From Bigelowiella natans CCMP2755 (taxonomy: Eukaryota > Protista > Cercozoa): a stretch of 53,370 nt of DNA. This document shows, piece by piece, positions 1 through 12,846 of this stretch (positions are counted from its first letter, which is position 1; every line of letters starts with the position of its first letter). The DNA lies in the NCBI GenBank assembly GCA_000320545.1, contig ADNK01001676.1:1-53370 (forward strand), in the 5' to 3' direction. The position numbers and the translations under genes were made by a program. A model generated the notes under the pieces. That model was not told the DNA's origin. It worked only from the letters and a program-made list of their open reading frames with translations, and made no database searches.

Positions 1-200
1 TTTGACTTCCCCCCCCCCGCGGCCCCCGCCCTTCCGCAGATTCGAACCTACTACCCTTCCTAACGGCAACCTTCCTTTATTTTAATGATAAAAAAAATCG
101 GTTTTCGTGTGCCCCCCTCCCCCCTCTCTCTCTCTCTCTCTCTCTATATATTTATATTTATCTTCCTCTCTCACATATAGGTATAGGTATATGTCTCCAG

Positions 201-330
201 GTATCTATAAAGAAAAAGGATCTAGGTCGCTCAGAAAATCAATATATCCCCATCGAAACAATCAAATACACGAACATCGGAGAGAATGCACACACACACA
301 CACAGACAACACATAATTTATATATATATA

Positions 331-368
<38 letters not shown>

Positions 369-461
369 CAACAATGCGATTATACTTTACATATATCATA
401 GGGCTGGCTATGAAGGCTGCTGAGCAAGCAGGAGTGAGAAAACATTACATCCACACGTTAT

Positions 462-518
<57 letters not shown>

Positions 519-698
519 TTTATTTTATTTTTTTTAATTACGATTTGAACCTATCGTGTCTATCAGGTAAAGCTTCCTCTGGGCGAGATGTCAGGTGCGC
601 TGTACACGCTGCTCGAAGTTCAAGATAACCGTGCACACGCCGACAAAGACTTCAGCTATATCTTTGAGTATCTTCGTACACTAAATGACAAGCAATGA
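201..698 (+). CDS. HIBADH: 3-hydroxyisobutyrate dehydrogenase, last exons (gene starts upstream of window)
   Basis: Exons at about 201/213-225, 402-433 and 567-698 splice (GT-AG) to KKDLGLAMKAAEQAGVKLPLGEMSGALYTLLEV...DKDFSYIFEYLR*, matching the KDLGLA...LPLG...Y...KDFS C-terminus of the family. TGA at 696-698. Confidence 0.8.
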
Positions 699-1668
699 GC
701 GGAGGCGACGAACCAAGAAGTTATTTCAGCACATCGCGCATTGTGAAAGTTGCATGTTGCATGCGCGCGACTGTGGTGCATCTTATTGTTCATGCCAAGC
801 TGTGCGGCGGAACAAGTCAAGGCCATCATCATAGTAAGTTGTCTACAATCATCATTGCATAGTGTGTTACATCCAGATGCGATGCGCTTGCCGACAATAT
901 CATTAATTTTATTGCAGAAGGTTCTTGTGCATGCTGCTGGTTAGTCTTGGAGTCTAGCAGTGTGGTGCGTGCACAAAAATCGATCTTTCTAGAGTAGCGC
1001 CGTGTGTTGATTTGTCGTGCACACGGTCATGGTGCGTTTATGATAAGCACTGGAATCCTGGCAACATGCACACATGTCACAATTCATTGTCATTGAGAAA
1101 CTACAGGCTCCATCTAGTTGCAGCGTGCGAGTGCAAACACAATGTTGGCCGATGCACGGCACATCCCAACACAGCGACACACCATGTCGTTTAAATGGCC
1201 AATGTGCCATACGTTGCTACATGGAATCATTGTTATTTGTGTCAGTTTGTTCTCTCGATCGATTTCCTGCTGTGTTGTTTGTTACATCTTGAAAACATCA
1301 CAGCCAAATGAGCAATGAGCACATCGCAAGACTGGCAATCTGTTGCAAAAATCGGAGAATCAAAAGGATGAAACCGAGCAAAATGAATCTGTCGCGTCGG
1401 TTTGTGGTATTTTCGACCCGACCCACGCAGGAATCTGGAAGCGCCTCCTCCTAAAAGCTCCAATCGGCGATTGCACGCAGACTACCGAGATGCTCAGAGA
1501 AGCACAATGTAAATAATCATCGGGACGACTACCTAGAATTGTTGTCGCACATTTATTTTTGCAATCTATTTTGCTCAAAAACTCAGAAGTAGAATTGTTT
1601 CAGAATAATGCAGCGAATAGCACAGTGCGACAACGGTTTTTATCCTAATTAAGCAGAAGTTAAATCAG

Positions 1669-2940
1669 ATGATGGCTGCCCATCGCCGACGATGTCGGCG
1701 TGCAGCGCTCGGGGTGAAAGAACAGGCGAATCGAGCGATAAGAGGGCGACAGAACTTGCGGACGTTCATGGATAGTAGTAGCATTCGAGTGTCTGGGCAA
1801 TCAAGAGGCAGGTGGAAGAATCGTTGTCATTCAGCTTTCCTCCCCACGGTTTGGCAGAATTTCACACAGAAGAGAAATGGAAGCTCGAGCCGCGAGATAA
1901 CGAGCGACAAGGAGGAATCTACTAATCCCACCCTGACTCTAGAATATCTCCCCTTTCGTGCAATGGCGGAAACTACAAGATTCATCCTTCATTACGGCGG
2001 TATCGGCTATAGAGACGAGGCCGTCTGGGGACTGACTTTTCACGTAATGAACAACGCCAAAACGTCAACTCCTCAACCATTTTATTCTCGTACGAGAAAG
2101 CCACGTACAAATTCTCAATTTTTTCTCTCAACCTCTCGGTTTCTCGTTATGTTTACCGCACTGCATCTTCCCCCCACCTCCTCCGCCGCACATTGCTTTT
2201 TCAAACGATAGGAAAGGCGCCAGCAAGGGCGCTACCCATTCAATGTAGTTCCCGTCATGCACGTTAGCGAATGTTCCGATGGTGCAACAGTGACCGTCGC
2301 GCAAAGCGGTACGATTGCACGCTACGCAGCTAAGCTCGCAGGGTGCTATCCGACAGACCCACAGCAATGCGCTCTAAGCGATGCTGTGTTCGAGCTTGGC
2401 CAGGAGATGTGCACGATCAACCCTCTTGTCAACTGCTACGTCGGCTCTCAGCATGCCCAGATTAAAGACTGGTACTTCTCCAAGCTGCCCACGCACCTGA
2501 TGATGCTTGAGCGACAGTTGTTTGTGGCAGGGGAATTGCTTCGAAAGCCGAGCGAAAACAGCAGTGAAGTCGACCTATCATCTGCATCGTCATCATCATC
2601 GTCGTCATCGTCGCTCTCCTCAGAGCTGCACTTCTTCGGAGGAAGAACTCCGTCACATGCGGACTTCAATGTGTACCACCATCTTTCCAACGCGCTGTTA
2701 GTGGATCCCAATTGTGTCGAAGAAGTGAGCGGAGAGCTGACGGAATGGATGGGGAGGATGGAGACCTTACCGAGCATGAAATCGTACTTGGAGAAGCGAC
2801 CGAAGCTTGTGGGGATCGGAGAAAATCCCGGCCTTCTCGATAAAACTGGGAGGCTTGTGACTCAAAGAGACCCTGAAGGAATTGCCTGGCTGATGGACGA
2901 TGGGTGTTTCACGTTTGACAATCCTTATTATTCGGAGTAG
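1669..2940 (+). CDS. Glutathione S-transferase (sigma-like) with an N-terminal extension of about 85 aa; one intron 2044-2211
   Basis: Spliced translation reads LEYLPFRAMAETTRFILHYGG..|..YPFNVVPVMHV..VAQSGTIARYAAKLAG..FFGGRTPSHADFNVY..YLEKRP. The GT (2044) to AG (2211) intron joins the two track ORFs in frame. The start codon is uncertain. Confidence 0.88.
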
Positions 2941-3648
2941 CTGGTAGTAGGTGGCGACGTTGTGCATCAAATTGTAGACCCTACATAAAATGCAGCAACC
3001 GTTCTAGCGATGAATCATTCCCTAATTTTTAGAACCTGCCATAGCAACGCACTGCACCACAATTAATGCATTGTGTTTTGAGCTGGCGTGGCGCTTGATG
3101 ACATGTACGTTCAGTTCCAGCAGCAAGATGAGTACTGATTGTACGGGTCGTCCAGATACAATTGAGACAATAATGACTAATGACTATACATCTAGCCATG
3201 AGAGTTTCGCATTGCATTTGTCGCTCGATCTCATGAGCAACTTCGCGCTAATCTAGTAGTGATGCATCGTGCTGCAGGGCTGCAGCAAGCTGGTAGCTGC
3301 ATGCATCACAGTTAAGACGCACGTATGAAAACGTGCGTGCTTGTTGCGCTCTTGTGCCATGTGCGCAATGCACAGCGTTCATTGCGCAACAGGCTAGCAG
3401 GCAACTTAAGTGAACTCGTGCCTACTTCGCTGCAAGCGCCATCCTCATTTTAGCACACCGACACGACTTGCATACATGTGCATGCAGCAGTCGATCCTCA
3501 ATGACTTCGTAGCCGTCTGTTGTAAATCTGTGCTATAGTGCGCCATGCAGCTTGCAGCTCGATCATGTGCATAAGATGCATAATAGCATACTCATATTGC
3601 ATGTATCTATCATATGCTTTTGTACTTGTGACGCAATGGAACACCTCT

Positions 3649-4202
3649 TCTATAGCCCCATAAGGCTATATAGCGTAGGCACGTAAGAAAATATGTAGTT
3701 CAGTACACATGTTCTTTACAACACATGCTCTGTTTATGTGTATTTTTTACCCACACATGTTCCAAAGCATATATTTCATGGCATGGATGTGTTTTTAGTA
3801 AGGTATGTGCATTATCCGCAATGCCCGCTAGCCCGCAATAGCCACGCACATACGTAACATATGTATAGTCAGGTATTTAGGCATATTTATTATAAATCCG
3901 ATGTACACTTTATTTTCATTTACATGTACACAGCACTCTTTAGAACACATACAACAAAGCATGTGTACAATGATATATTTATCAATGTCTTTTGTTGATC
4001 CAAGTCACACCACACACACCTGACACCCAAAGCTGCAATATGATAATGTACTAGTACGCTATGCCAGTCAGTGCATTCGAATCTCGAGAGAGTCACTGGT
4101 TACAGAATTTTAGTGCAAAGTACTAGTGAACGTCGTGACATGGGCATGTTCAGGGAACATGTGTGCTTTTGACCCGGTACGCTCTATAGCCCCATAAGGC
4201 TA
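3649..4202. mobile_element. Non-autonomous Crypton-like (tyrosine-recombinase type) element
   Basis: The identical 20-mer TCTATAGCCCCATAAGGCTA occurs at 3649-3668 and 4183-4202. Each copy has inverted arms around an asymmetric core containing TATGG on the minus strand. Subterminal inverted repeats match at 13/14. No coding capacity. Confidence 0.55.
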
Positions 4203-4505
4203 CACACTCTGGGTGCATGTACTTTGCGCACTGGCACAACGCAGCACTAGAGCACTACACACAAATGAGACCATTGACGCGCAGGATTTTCTTAATGCTA
4301 AAGGAGATACAACAAAAAAGATTCTAAAGTTACATAGTTTTACGACGCACGCATGCTAGCGCATGCATGTCCAGCACAGTAGACACATGCGACTAAGAGA
4401 GCATCATTGCTTCATGCGCGCACTTGCATCATTGAAACAATTTGAGCTTTCAATGCACAACATCTAGAACATTTGCATCATCGAACACATCTGTCTTTCC
4501 GATGG

Positions 4506-6007
4506 TCATTGCTTTGTCTTTGTAGCTTCGACTATGTACATTGGGTCATGCCCCTTTGGAAGCGTGATGTCGTAAGCCTCTGGATTTTCAAACCCAGCCA
4601 TCCTGATATAAATTCCACCATGTTTCAGAAGGGTACGATGCACAGATTTAGACCAACTTTCTAGTAAGAATGGGGGCTAGATGGCATAATTGGCATTTCT
4701 CTCCATAGCAAAATAGATACTTGAAGTATTGTGCGACGATGAGGAGATGCGTCCAGTCTTGAGTGTTTAGCCATAAGTCGATAGCTTTCGTTGGAAAGCA
4801 CCGATTCGAGAAGCTGTTGATCAAGACGCCACCAGGCTTTAAAACACGGTTGATTTCCTGTGGTGAAGCAGGCCATATATTATCCAATACGATAAATATA
4901 ATTGTTGTGAGCAATACAGCTATGTTTATCTGAAATCTTATCCGTAGTGGGACAATCAGACTATAGTTCTAATATTTGCAGTAACTACCTTGAATATTTC
5001 AATGGGCTTGCTCAAATAATCCACAGACACGACGTTTGTCACGTACTGAGAGACGCACGCAATACACACACACACACACACAGACACACACACACACCTT
5101 TGAGAAGACGCACATACGTCTCGATAGCTCTATATAACATGCGCATGAAACTGTTGTTTTTCTATACTGGAATGAGAAGAAGGCATGTGTGTTGGAATAC
5201 ATCGAATGAATTGTCCGGAAAAGGAAGCTTTGGCTCGAGGTTCATGTCCTGGAGAGGAAATTGTAGCAATTATCATGTAAGTTAATGCCCCCATCTTCAT
5301 ACAAATATTATACATATGTATCTTCGTTTCACCAATATATCACCATCTCATTATACACAAGGCACAAAGATACAGTGACGCTTCCTTTCCGTCTCGTTTA
5401 TTTTAGGTTTTCGGTTCTTCAATGGTGTTGCGACGGAGGGGAAGATATGCGCGTGGTGAGTGGCACTGAGTAGCATGGGTAACCTGCACGACGTAGGATG
5501 TAAGCTGCTTATTTGCTTTCAGCTCTTTCTCGTTCATTCCTAGCCCAATCTACAAGGAGAATGCAGAGCCCAATGGCATTTGGGTCAATTCAACGGCGAT
5601 TTCTCAGAACAGATGATAGGACAGAAAATGAAGGAAGATAACATATAGTTGCAGCACGGCACTAGCTTCTAGCTTCTAGACTTGTTTTATCTGCTGATTT
5701 AAGCACTGAGCGAAGCGCGAGCTTTCCATCCCGCAGCTACCGCTTTAGCTGGCTTGAAGTCTTTTGGGTAGTGTGATATCCACGACGAGCACAAGTCCAA
5801 CACCTCCACCTTTGACGGTGCGCCGACGGGGAAGGTAGCTGCGTTAGCGGGGGGGGGAGCGGGAAGGGGACCAGAACGTAAGACGCACACGTTTGAAGGT
5901 ACAGCTAAAAGATTGCTTACCTCCATAGTACTGTGTCAATGCTTCTATTGCCTAAGATCAGTTTTAAATAGTATATTAAAATTCATAAGAACATATTATT
6001 ATTTTAT

Positions 6008-6046
<39 letters not shown>

Positions 6047-7313
6047 AGTAACTATTCAAAGAAATTTCCATTGTTGTTTGCGTTTGTCGCAGTGCGAGTG
6101 TATTATGTCATTGGCACAACGTCTCTATTCGTTCTCGTTTTTAATTAATAACCCCATAGGAAAGGACCTGATCGTCTATATGTGTTACGAATCTTGGTTC
6201 CGCATAGAATTCAGCATCAATGCTTTCGTCGTATCGCTTAAAATCTGCCGGTCTGTTTTGGATTTGGGTGGGGGGGGAATCAGGAAGGAAGAATAATGAT
6301 CTACTTATGTGTAGAAAGAAAGGTGTACACAAACACTCAAAGCTAATATAATATATTGTTTGCAATAGCACCTGAAAGGAGAGTCTTGTGGATATTGCAC
6401 ATGCGAGATGAGATTTGCTTTTTCGTCCTTGCCAGCTTTCGGATCAATCCTCTTCACGGTTTCCATGTCCGGCGTCTGTTTCGTGTACATGTAGTATGTA
6501 TACAAGCGCAAGCTCGCAATACGTATGAGAGCAATGTCAAATAATGGCTTTGAAGGAAAATAAGCTGATGTATGTATGCAGCAAGCTATTCTGTGTTTAT
6601 GATATATCCCTTCAGTCCAAAGGCGGTTTAAATTTGCGGGGGGGGCACGAAGGATACACATTTGTAACAAAACACCTGCAAGAAGTATGTCCGCGGCTGC
6701 TCTTTGAGGTCAATTTTTGGTTGGTTGCTGTTACCAGTGGTTGTGCCCGCGGAAGCTGCGCACGCTGCGGTTTATTGTGATTAACACATGGCCAAGGGGG
6801 GGGGGGGGGGAGGGGAAAAAGGAGAAGACAGAAAGTGGCGTTGAAAATAGTCTTTTACCGACTAAGTGGGTCGGCATTTGTGGTAACTTCGTGCTAACAG
6901 CTAAGATTACCAGCACCCGTCGCGAGCGTCCCCGTACCCATCATGCCAAGACGCAGGATCGCTCGACGGCTACTTTCCACTTGGGACCGAATGAGACTGG
7001 TGCTTTTCCGAATCTGCGACGCGCCTGTTCCTCCTAGCCCTCCGAAGTGACTCCTGGAGAGGGGGGAGATCCTTCCGGATAGGCGTGCCTTCTAATCGTT
7101 CGTAAACGCAGTAACAGTAAGACATCTAGGTACGACGGTCTCCCCCTACACCCTGTTTCTCACCATGGAGCTCGCAGCTCCCATCTTCGCCAAATTGCTA
7201 CTCATGAACGAGGATGCGAGCAGAATAACGGCCGATATTGCGAATAGGAACAATAGGGTGGTGCAGGAGGAGGAGGGGCGCGGAACCAGTCGACGTCGAT
7301 CCAGGCCACTCAT
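4506..7313 (-). CDS. Plastid-targeted SAM-dependent methyltransferase (type 11, plant/cyanobacterial-like), multi-exon
   Basis: Exons encode DFKRYDESIDAEFYAEPRFVTHIDD, VLDLCSSWISHYP, GLGMNEKELKANKQL, LPFPDNSFD, VSVDYLSKP, RVLKPGG..SFSNRCFPTKAI and HDPMYIV..KQ* (stop 4506-4508). The N-terminus has a hydrophobic signal peptide followed by an Arg/Ser/Gly-rich transit peptide. Confidence 0.88.
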
Positions 7314-8193
7314 TTCTGCATAAAAATCAAACGCTGATCTTAACGGCACACAATGCCTCAATTAGACGAGAATTACCAATTAGAATCATCATTCGTCCAT
7401 GTCGCAGGTCGGAATAATCATGTAATTTTGCATCAGCCGGAATTTTGAGGATTTTCTGCAAGCTTGTGCTTGAACACAGTCCCGTCGACAAATGCAGATG
7501 AATCGTGGCGATGTCAAAACTGCGACATGGTTGCGTCTTAGTTTTTTCTAGATTTTTTTGTGCATGGTTCCGATTGCCAGTTTTGTTCACATCCATGCAG
7601 CTGTCTGGCGGTTCACAGGTTGCGAGCCATCTAGGAACCAAGAGCGAACCACCCAGACTGCAATTGATCTTCGGTTGATGTTCACGTTGACGAATTGTAG
7701 GTTTTGCTAGGAGCCTGCATTGGGATGGACGTGGGAGAGGTCACGACAAACCTCGCCGAACCAGCCACACATTCGTTGGGGGTGCTGCTGATTTTTGGTG
7801 TCCCTGAACGATGGTGGACACCGCTGCTCTCTCTGTGGTGTGACACTGTTCAAAGCGGCTGATGGAATGACCACAATGGAAGGATTCCCCCAATGCTGAA
7901 AGGAGGGGATGGTGCATCACAGCAACGTTTGAATGCAAGGGTGGATGTGGCTGTCTGACGGTTGCGAGTCATCAAGAAACCAGGAGCGAACCACACCACC
8001 CAGATTGATGTGGTGTGCATGTACATGTGCACAATGGGCACAGCAACATGGTGTGTGTGTTACACATGCATCACATTGCATGTCTATCACAATGCGTCAG
8101 GGTTTGAGCTCACCATGCAATGCGCGCATTGCGCATCGCACAACCTAGAACAAGCTAGCAAGGCTAGAAGGGTCAAGATGAAAAAGTCATTGT

Positions 8194-9147
8194 TTAATGA
8201 ATGTCCGAACTTTGCCCTGCATTTTGGTCGGAAACAGGAAGCATCTCCAACAAATCTTCCAAACCTAAATCTTGTGATGCCTCATTGGGGTTTTTGAATT
8301 CATCAGGACGATGGAGCCATTGGAAATTATCGGACAATATGTTAGTTTCCCGGTCGTTAGTGTTTTGGGGAGCATTGTAATTGTCTGAAACCATAGAACT
8401 GTCATTGAAGCATAGATCTTGGGAAGCTTCATTGAGGTTTGGAAATTCATCAGGACAACGGAGCCATTGGAAATCATCGGACCAAATTTTAGTTTTCCGG
8501 TCGTCAGTGTTTCGGAGAGCATTATGATTGTCTGAAACCATAAAACTGTCATTTATGCTACTGGAATGGGCCTCTTTCACATCTCCATCCACATCCTCAA
8601 CCATAGATGTTTTGGTTTGAATTTCACTTGCTGAATCCCTTGCACGCTTATGACTTTTCGATGAAGATCTTTCATGTTCGGTTCCCGGAGAAGGAAGGCG
8701 TTTTGGCTTTGAATATGCAATTTGCTTCTCAATGGTCTTAATAGGAATTCCCAACAGCTCAACAAGCATAGCAGCTTCATGCACCCCATTGTGCTGCTTC
8801 TTAATAATCTCGACATAGTTTTGTACTACTCTCGAAATGAACGGAAATTGGCATTGCATATTTTTCACCATTGCCGTGAAGGCATCATTAACACTCGGTA
8901 TGTTTGCATTTTCCAAAACTTTAGTCTTTCCTCTTCCGTTGGTCATCTTTAATCTTTCTTCTTCTCTTTTAATTTTTTCTTTTTGATCTCCGGTGAGGGA
9001 TTTGCAAGTACACAAATGCTTTCTAATATTTTCTTTATCTCTGCTAACCCGTCCTGGTGGTCGTATCTTAAAACATTTCACCTTGCTTTTACAGAGAGTG
9101 CAATAGACATATATGAGACTATCCCCCATGCATTTTCTCCAAATATC
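8194..9147 (-). CDS. BED-type zinc-finger protein, copy A
   Basis: DIWR..VYCTLC..ENIRKHLCTC fits the W..CxxC..NxxxHLxxC BED pattern. About one third identical by eye to 35309-36010 over roughly 140 aa. Homology extends upstream of the Met at 9129 to D at 9147. Confidence 0.65.
   Translation of the reverse strand, partial: DIWRKCMGDSLIYVYCTLCKSKVKCFKIRPPGRVSRDKENIRKHLCTCKSLTGDQKEKIKREEERLKMTNGRGKTKVLENANIPSVNDAFTAMVKNMQCQFPFISRVVQNYVEIIKKQHNGVHEAAMLVELLGIPIKTIEKQIAYSKPKRLPSPGTEHERSSSKSHKRARDSASEIQTKTSMVEDVDGDVKEAHSSSINDSFMVSDNHNALRNTDDRKTKIWSDDFQWLRCPDEFPNLNEASQDLCFNDSSMVSDNYNAPQNTNDRETNILSDNFQWLHRPDEFKNPNEASQDLGLEDLLEMLPVSDQNAGQSSDIH
8260..8553 (-). repeat. In-frame 147-bp (49 aa) tandem duplication in BED protein A
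   Basis: NDSFMVSDNHNALRNTDDRKTKIWSDDFQWLRCPDEFPNLNEASQDL versus NDSSMVSDNYNAPQNTNDRETNILSDNFQWLHRPDEFKNPNEASQDL; units start at 8553 and 8406. Confidence 0.92.
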
Positions 9148-9334
9148 TGCAACGTAGGTGGAGCGGCCCTGCTCTCTATGCTCGGTAAGACAAGTGTAAT
9201 AAAATTAAGTAAATTAATGAACTTCAGTTGTATCCCTATTGATCCTCATTCTAATTACACATTCAAACAAAATATTAGAATTATGCGTACCAGCGCTACC
9301 TTTTCAATATATTGAAAAATTGATCTATTTCTGC

Positions 9335-9658
9335 CTAAATATTTTCCGAGTTAGGAAAGAAGTTAATGCTGCAAATGGGCACCTTATTTTCCGCATATGT
9401 GCAATTTGGTGCAGAAAGTATTCGACAAAGAGCCTCCACTTCAGCTTTCGTACAATCAATTGATCTGCTCTCATTAACTCCGACCTTCAGAAATATATGT
9501 TCAATGCTTGTTAAATCTTGAAGGAGTTTAGTTACCCCTTGTTGACGTCTTAGTAAAGAGTTTTCCAGCTTTAGTTCGGAAATCTTTCTTTTAAGGGCTG
9601 AGATTTCCCGTCGCGCATTGTTTAGTTTCTCTTCCATGATGTAAGCATGGGGTGACAA
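9335..9658 (-). CDS. Small coiled-coil protein (cluster A)
   Basis: Heptad run EEKLNNARREISALKRKISELKLENSLLRR; syntenic with the coiled coil at 34610-34822. Confidence 0.4.
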   Translation of the reverse strand: MSPHAYIMEEKLNNARREISALKRKISELKLENSLLRRQQGVTKLLQDLTSIEHIFLKVGVNESRSIDCTKAEVEALCRILSAPNCTYAENKVPICSINFFPNSENI

Positions 9659-12213
9659 TTGGTTTGTGACCCCTTTTCATTTCCAGAAGATTGCACTCAT
9701 TGCTGACCCCATGATAGTGATTTTGTTAAGAATAGAAAATTACTCATCCGTTCAGGGATACCAAAAAATGCCCTACATTTCTTATTGAACCGCGAGAATT
9801 ATAAAGTCGTTTTTCAATGCATGCATGCTGTTACGTTTGTATTTGTTTCGGACTCCTCTAAATTTGCAACGTTGGTCTCTGATTGTTGGGAGAACAATTT
9901 GTCACAGGGGCAGCTTTGTAGAAATCCCAGCATTGTACGTGTCGTTTTGCGATCTTACCACCCTTTTGACACATTCAAGATACGATCTGAAGCTGCGACA
10001 ACAAAATTTGAAAAAGTAAACAAAATGCGATGAGCTTCATGAAGTATCTCTCAAAAGCCCAAAAGAAGCATTCCATTTCGTCGCAATTGGGTCTCTGCGA
10101 CAAGGGTACAATCTCTAAAGCGCCTGGAATTGAGTGTGCTTGACCAGAAACCCAGATTTAATAGCACGACGCAATTAGAAATATTGCATAGGATGTGGCC
10201 CATCAAGAGTTAGCGACAATTATATTTGATGAAAAAAGTGTAAAAGAAACGGGTTTAAAGGAATTTGGGTCCACAACCTATTCTGAACAGAAGGACACCA
10301 GCCTTGAGTGGATTGGCACATTCCAGGAAATGGCAAATCCCTGCTCAGGGAACAGATGCCTCACCGCATGGGTTGTAAGCGATACGATAAAGGTTTTGGG
10401 AGAAGAAAGAATTTAGTTTTTAGGAATGAAGAAATCAGCCTACAGAGTTATTTAGTTCATGACTGGGTGATTTCTTCATAGGAGTTCGTGATGTTATGCC
10501 AGATTTGCTTTGGCGCACACCAGCTACATTATGAGACTGTTGATCAAAATTTGATCCGACGACTACAATGGTGATCATAGTGATCATAATAGGATACATG
10601 CATAAACATACTTTTGCAATTATACGACCAAGAAGTCCTTTATTTACACGTCTGAGCAAGATTCCCTCCAAAATTTTATCAAAAAGTTTTTGAATGTGAG
10701 TACACATTACTGTCACCTAGGATGGCTGTAGTAAATGCAACAATAATCTTTGGGCACATATTGGTACATAATTCATACAAGAAATATTTTATTTTATCAA
10801 ATTGATACTGGTTTTCCTTTGCTAGACATATCATGAACCGTTTGCTGTACATTGGCGAATAAATCTTACGCTAAATGGAATAGCAAGAGTAATACTTATT
10901 AATCTTATCAATGGGCTGTCCTCATATTTGATATTCAAACTTTAGGTGCTTTCTTCTATCATGATTTTGGTATTAAAGGTGCAGAAATTACGGAGATGAC
11001 TATTAATTTTTGCTGATACCATCACCAGTTTCTGGTCTTTCTCTGTGGGAGTGCATTGAAGAAAATGTCCCGCAACAAAATATCTCATAAAAGAGAGCCA
11101 TTATACAAATATTTTATCGTAGGTAACTTGTATTTCAAAATTCTAATGTCAATTGTGTTGAGAAAATATAAAAGCTACCATATGCGCAGCTCTCGTGATC
11201 ACATTAGGGACGCAATTTGCAAGCTACGTCGGGTTGATGGTCACAAACTCATTGAAGTATGGTTATGAGCATTGAAACTGTCTTTATCTCTTAATACAAT
11301 AAGTAATTTTAGTTGGGCTGCAATAAGAAATCTTGCTTTGGTAATATTTTTACTCCTAGCAGGTTGACAAGTTTGTAAAAATGTACGTGTTGTTCTCTTA
11401 TTTTGAACCTTTAATACGTGTGTGAGGCTACGGACTTCATGCAGTAAGGAAACTCCTAGAGGTGTTCCGTGAGAATCATATTTCTTTGGAGAAATCTATG
11501 AAATCCGTACGAACCCCTCAACAAACTGCACCTGGTCACTGCAAGATTTCATTAATAATTCTAATTACTCTGAGCTTGTGAGCTTATATATCTTTAGGAA
11601 GCCGTCCAATGTCCCCGATCCATACCCCTCCATCCGAGCGTCGGAAAACTATGAAACCTAATGGCGTTCGGGATAGTCCAAGGTAAATTTTGTACTATCT
11701 TTGCCAGTTCAGGTGAGACAAAATAATATTTTGCAGATTTGGAAGTCGAAAGTTCCGTGAAAAACAGGCAATGGAAGTTACTAAAGATTCAGATATCGTA
11801 ATTGAAGGAAGGTATAAAGGATAAGTATTCGAAATACACTTGCATCTCGCTATTTTAGTATCCAAAGTGAAGTTGTTTTCTTTAGATATGGATCTTCATC
11901 TGTGCTTCCAGTAACAAAACTTGAAATTGACCCAAAGTAACATTGTGTATATTATATGTTCTTGCATTCTTCATTTATTTCCTTCTCCCTCTGACGTCGT
12001 TGAATGCGATAGTTAAATTGAATTATGTTCAGAAAGTTGTTTTTTGGGCCCATTTTGCAGAAATGCTTTTAATTTAGCTCGAACGAATAAAAACGACAAC
12101 AATTCAGCACTGAACTCTAAGCTGTTAGATAGCATAGTTCAACAAGAAGTATTTGGGGAGAAAAAAGAAGGTAGGAACTGTACATTCTAGATGTAAGAAG
12201 TAATTTTTCCCCA

Positions 12214-12846
12214 TTGTTTTTAACAGAAATGACTACTCTCGGCGGGACACAACCAGGTGTGGACTTTAGTACAGATTTTGTACCTTCAGTGATAATACCG
12301 TTTTTTTTAGACATTTCAAGAAAGAGTGTCGAAGTGACTGTGGAAGAAATCAAAGTATATCCAAAAATAGCTGATATAATTATACCAAGGACATCAAAAA
12401 ATGCTTACAGTGAATATGACGACAAAGTGGCGCAGTCATCAATTGCAAATTCAAATCGAAGAAAAATTAAGTTTAAGAATGATTGCGTAGATGATAGCAT
12501 CGGAAAATGTTCGGGAAAAAGTAAAGGAGACTCTAGAAGAATTGGTTTTGGTCCTGACACCTATATCCCAGAATCAAATTCTATGGAAGAAAAATTTAGA
12601 AGGAGAGCATATACTACTATCTTTAAGATGAGGATCTTGTTCTATCTCGGGACATTTATCATTATTATAGCTTCTCTCTCATTACTCATTGCTGCCTTTA
12701 TCCAGCTTATGCAGTCAACAAGTGATGCAGAGTCGTATTCTGATACGTTGGACCAGGAGATGAGAACATATAGCCCTGCAACCGATGCAGGTCTATGGAT
12801 CCTTACAATTACCAACTTTCTTGTTCAGTTGTACACGATACGTTAG
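12214..12846 (+). CDS. Two-TM membrane protein fragment (cluster A)
   Basis: 210-aa ORF. Its KFR-TM-YSDTLDQE-TM layout resembles the C-terminal part of 32299-33273 (KFR-TM-YSNDSTLEE-TM). Confidence 0.45.
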   Translation: MFLTEMTTLGGTQPGVDFSTDFVPSVIIPFFLDISRKSVEVTVEEIKVYPKIADIIIPRTSKNAYSEYDDKVAQSSIANSNRRKIKFKNDCVDDSIGKCSGKSKGDSRRIGFGPDTYIPESNSMEEKFRRRAYTTIFKMRILFYLGTFIIIIASLSLLIAAFIQLMQSTSDAESYSDTLDQEMRTYSPATDAGLWILTITNFLVQLYTIR

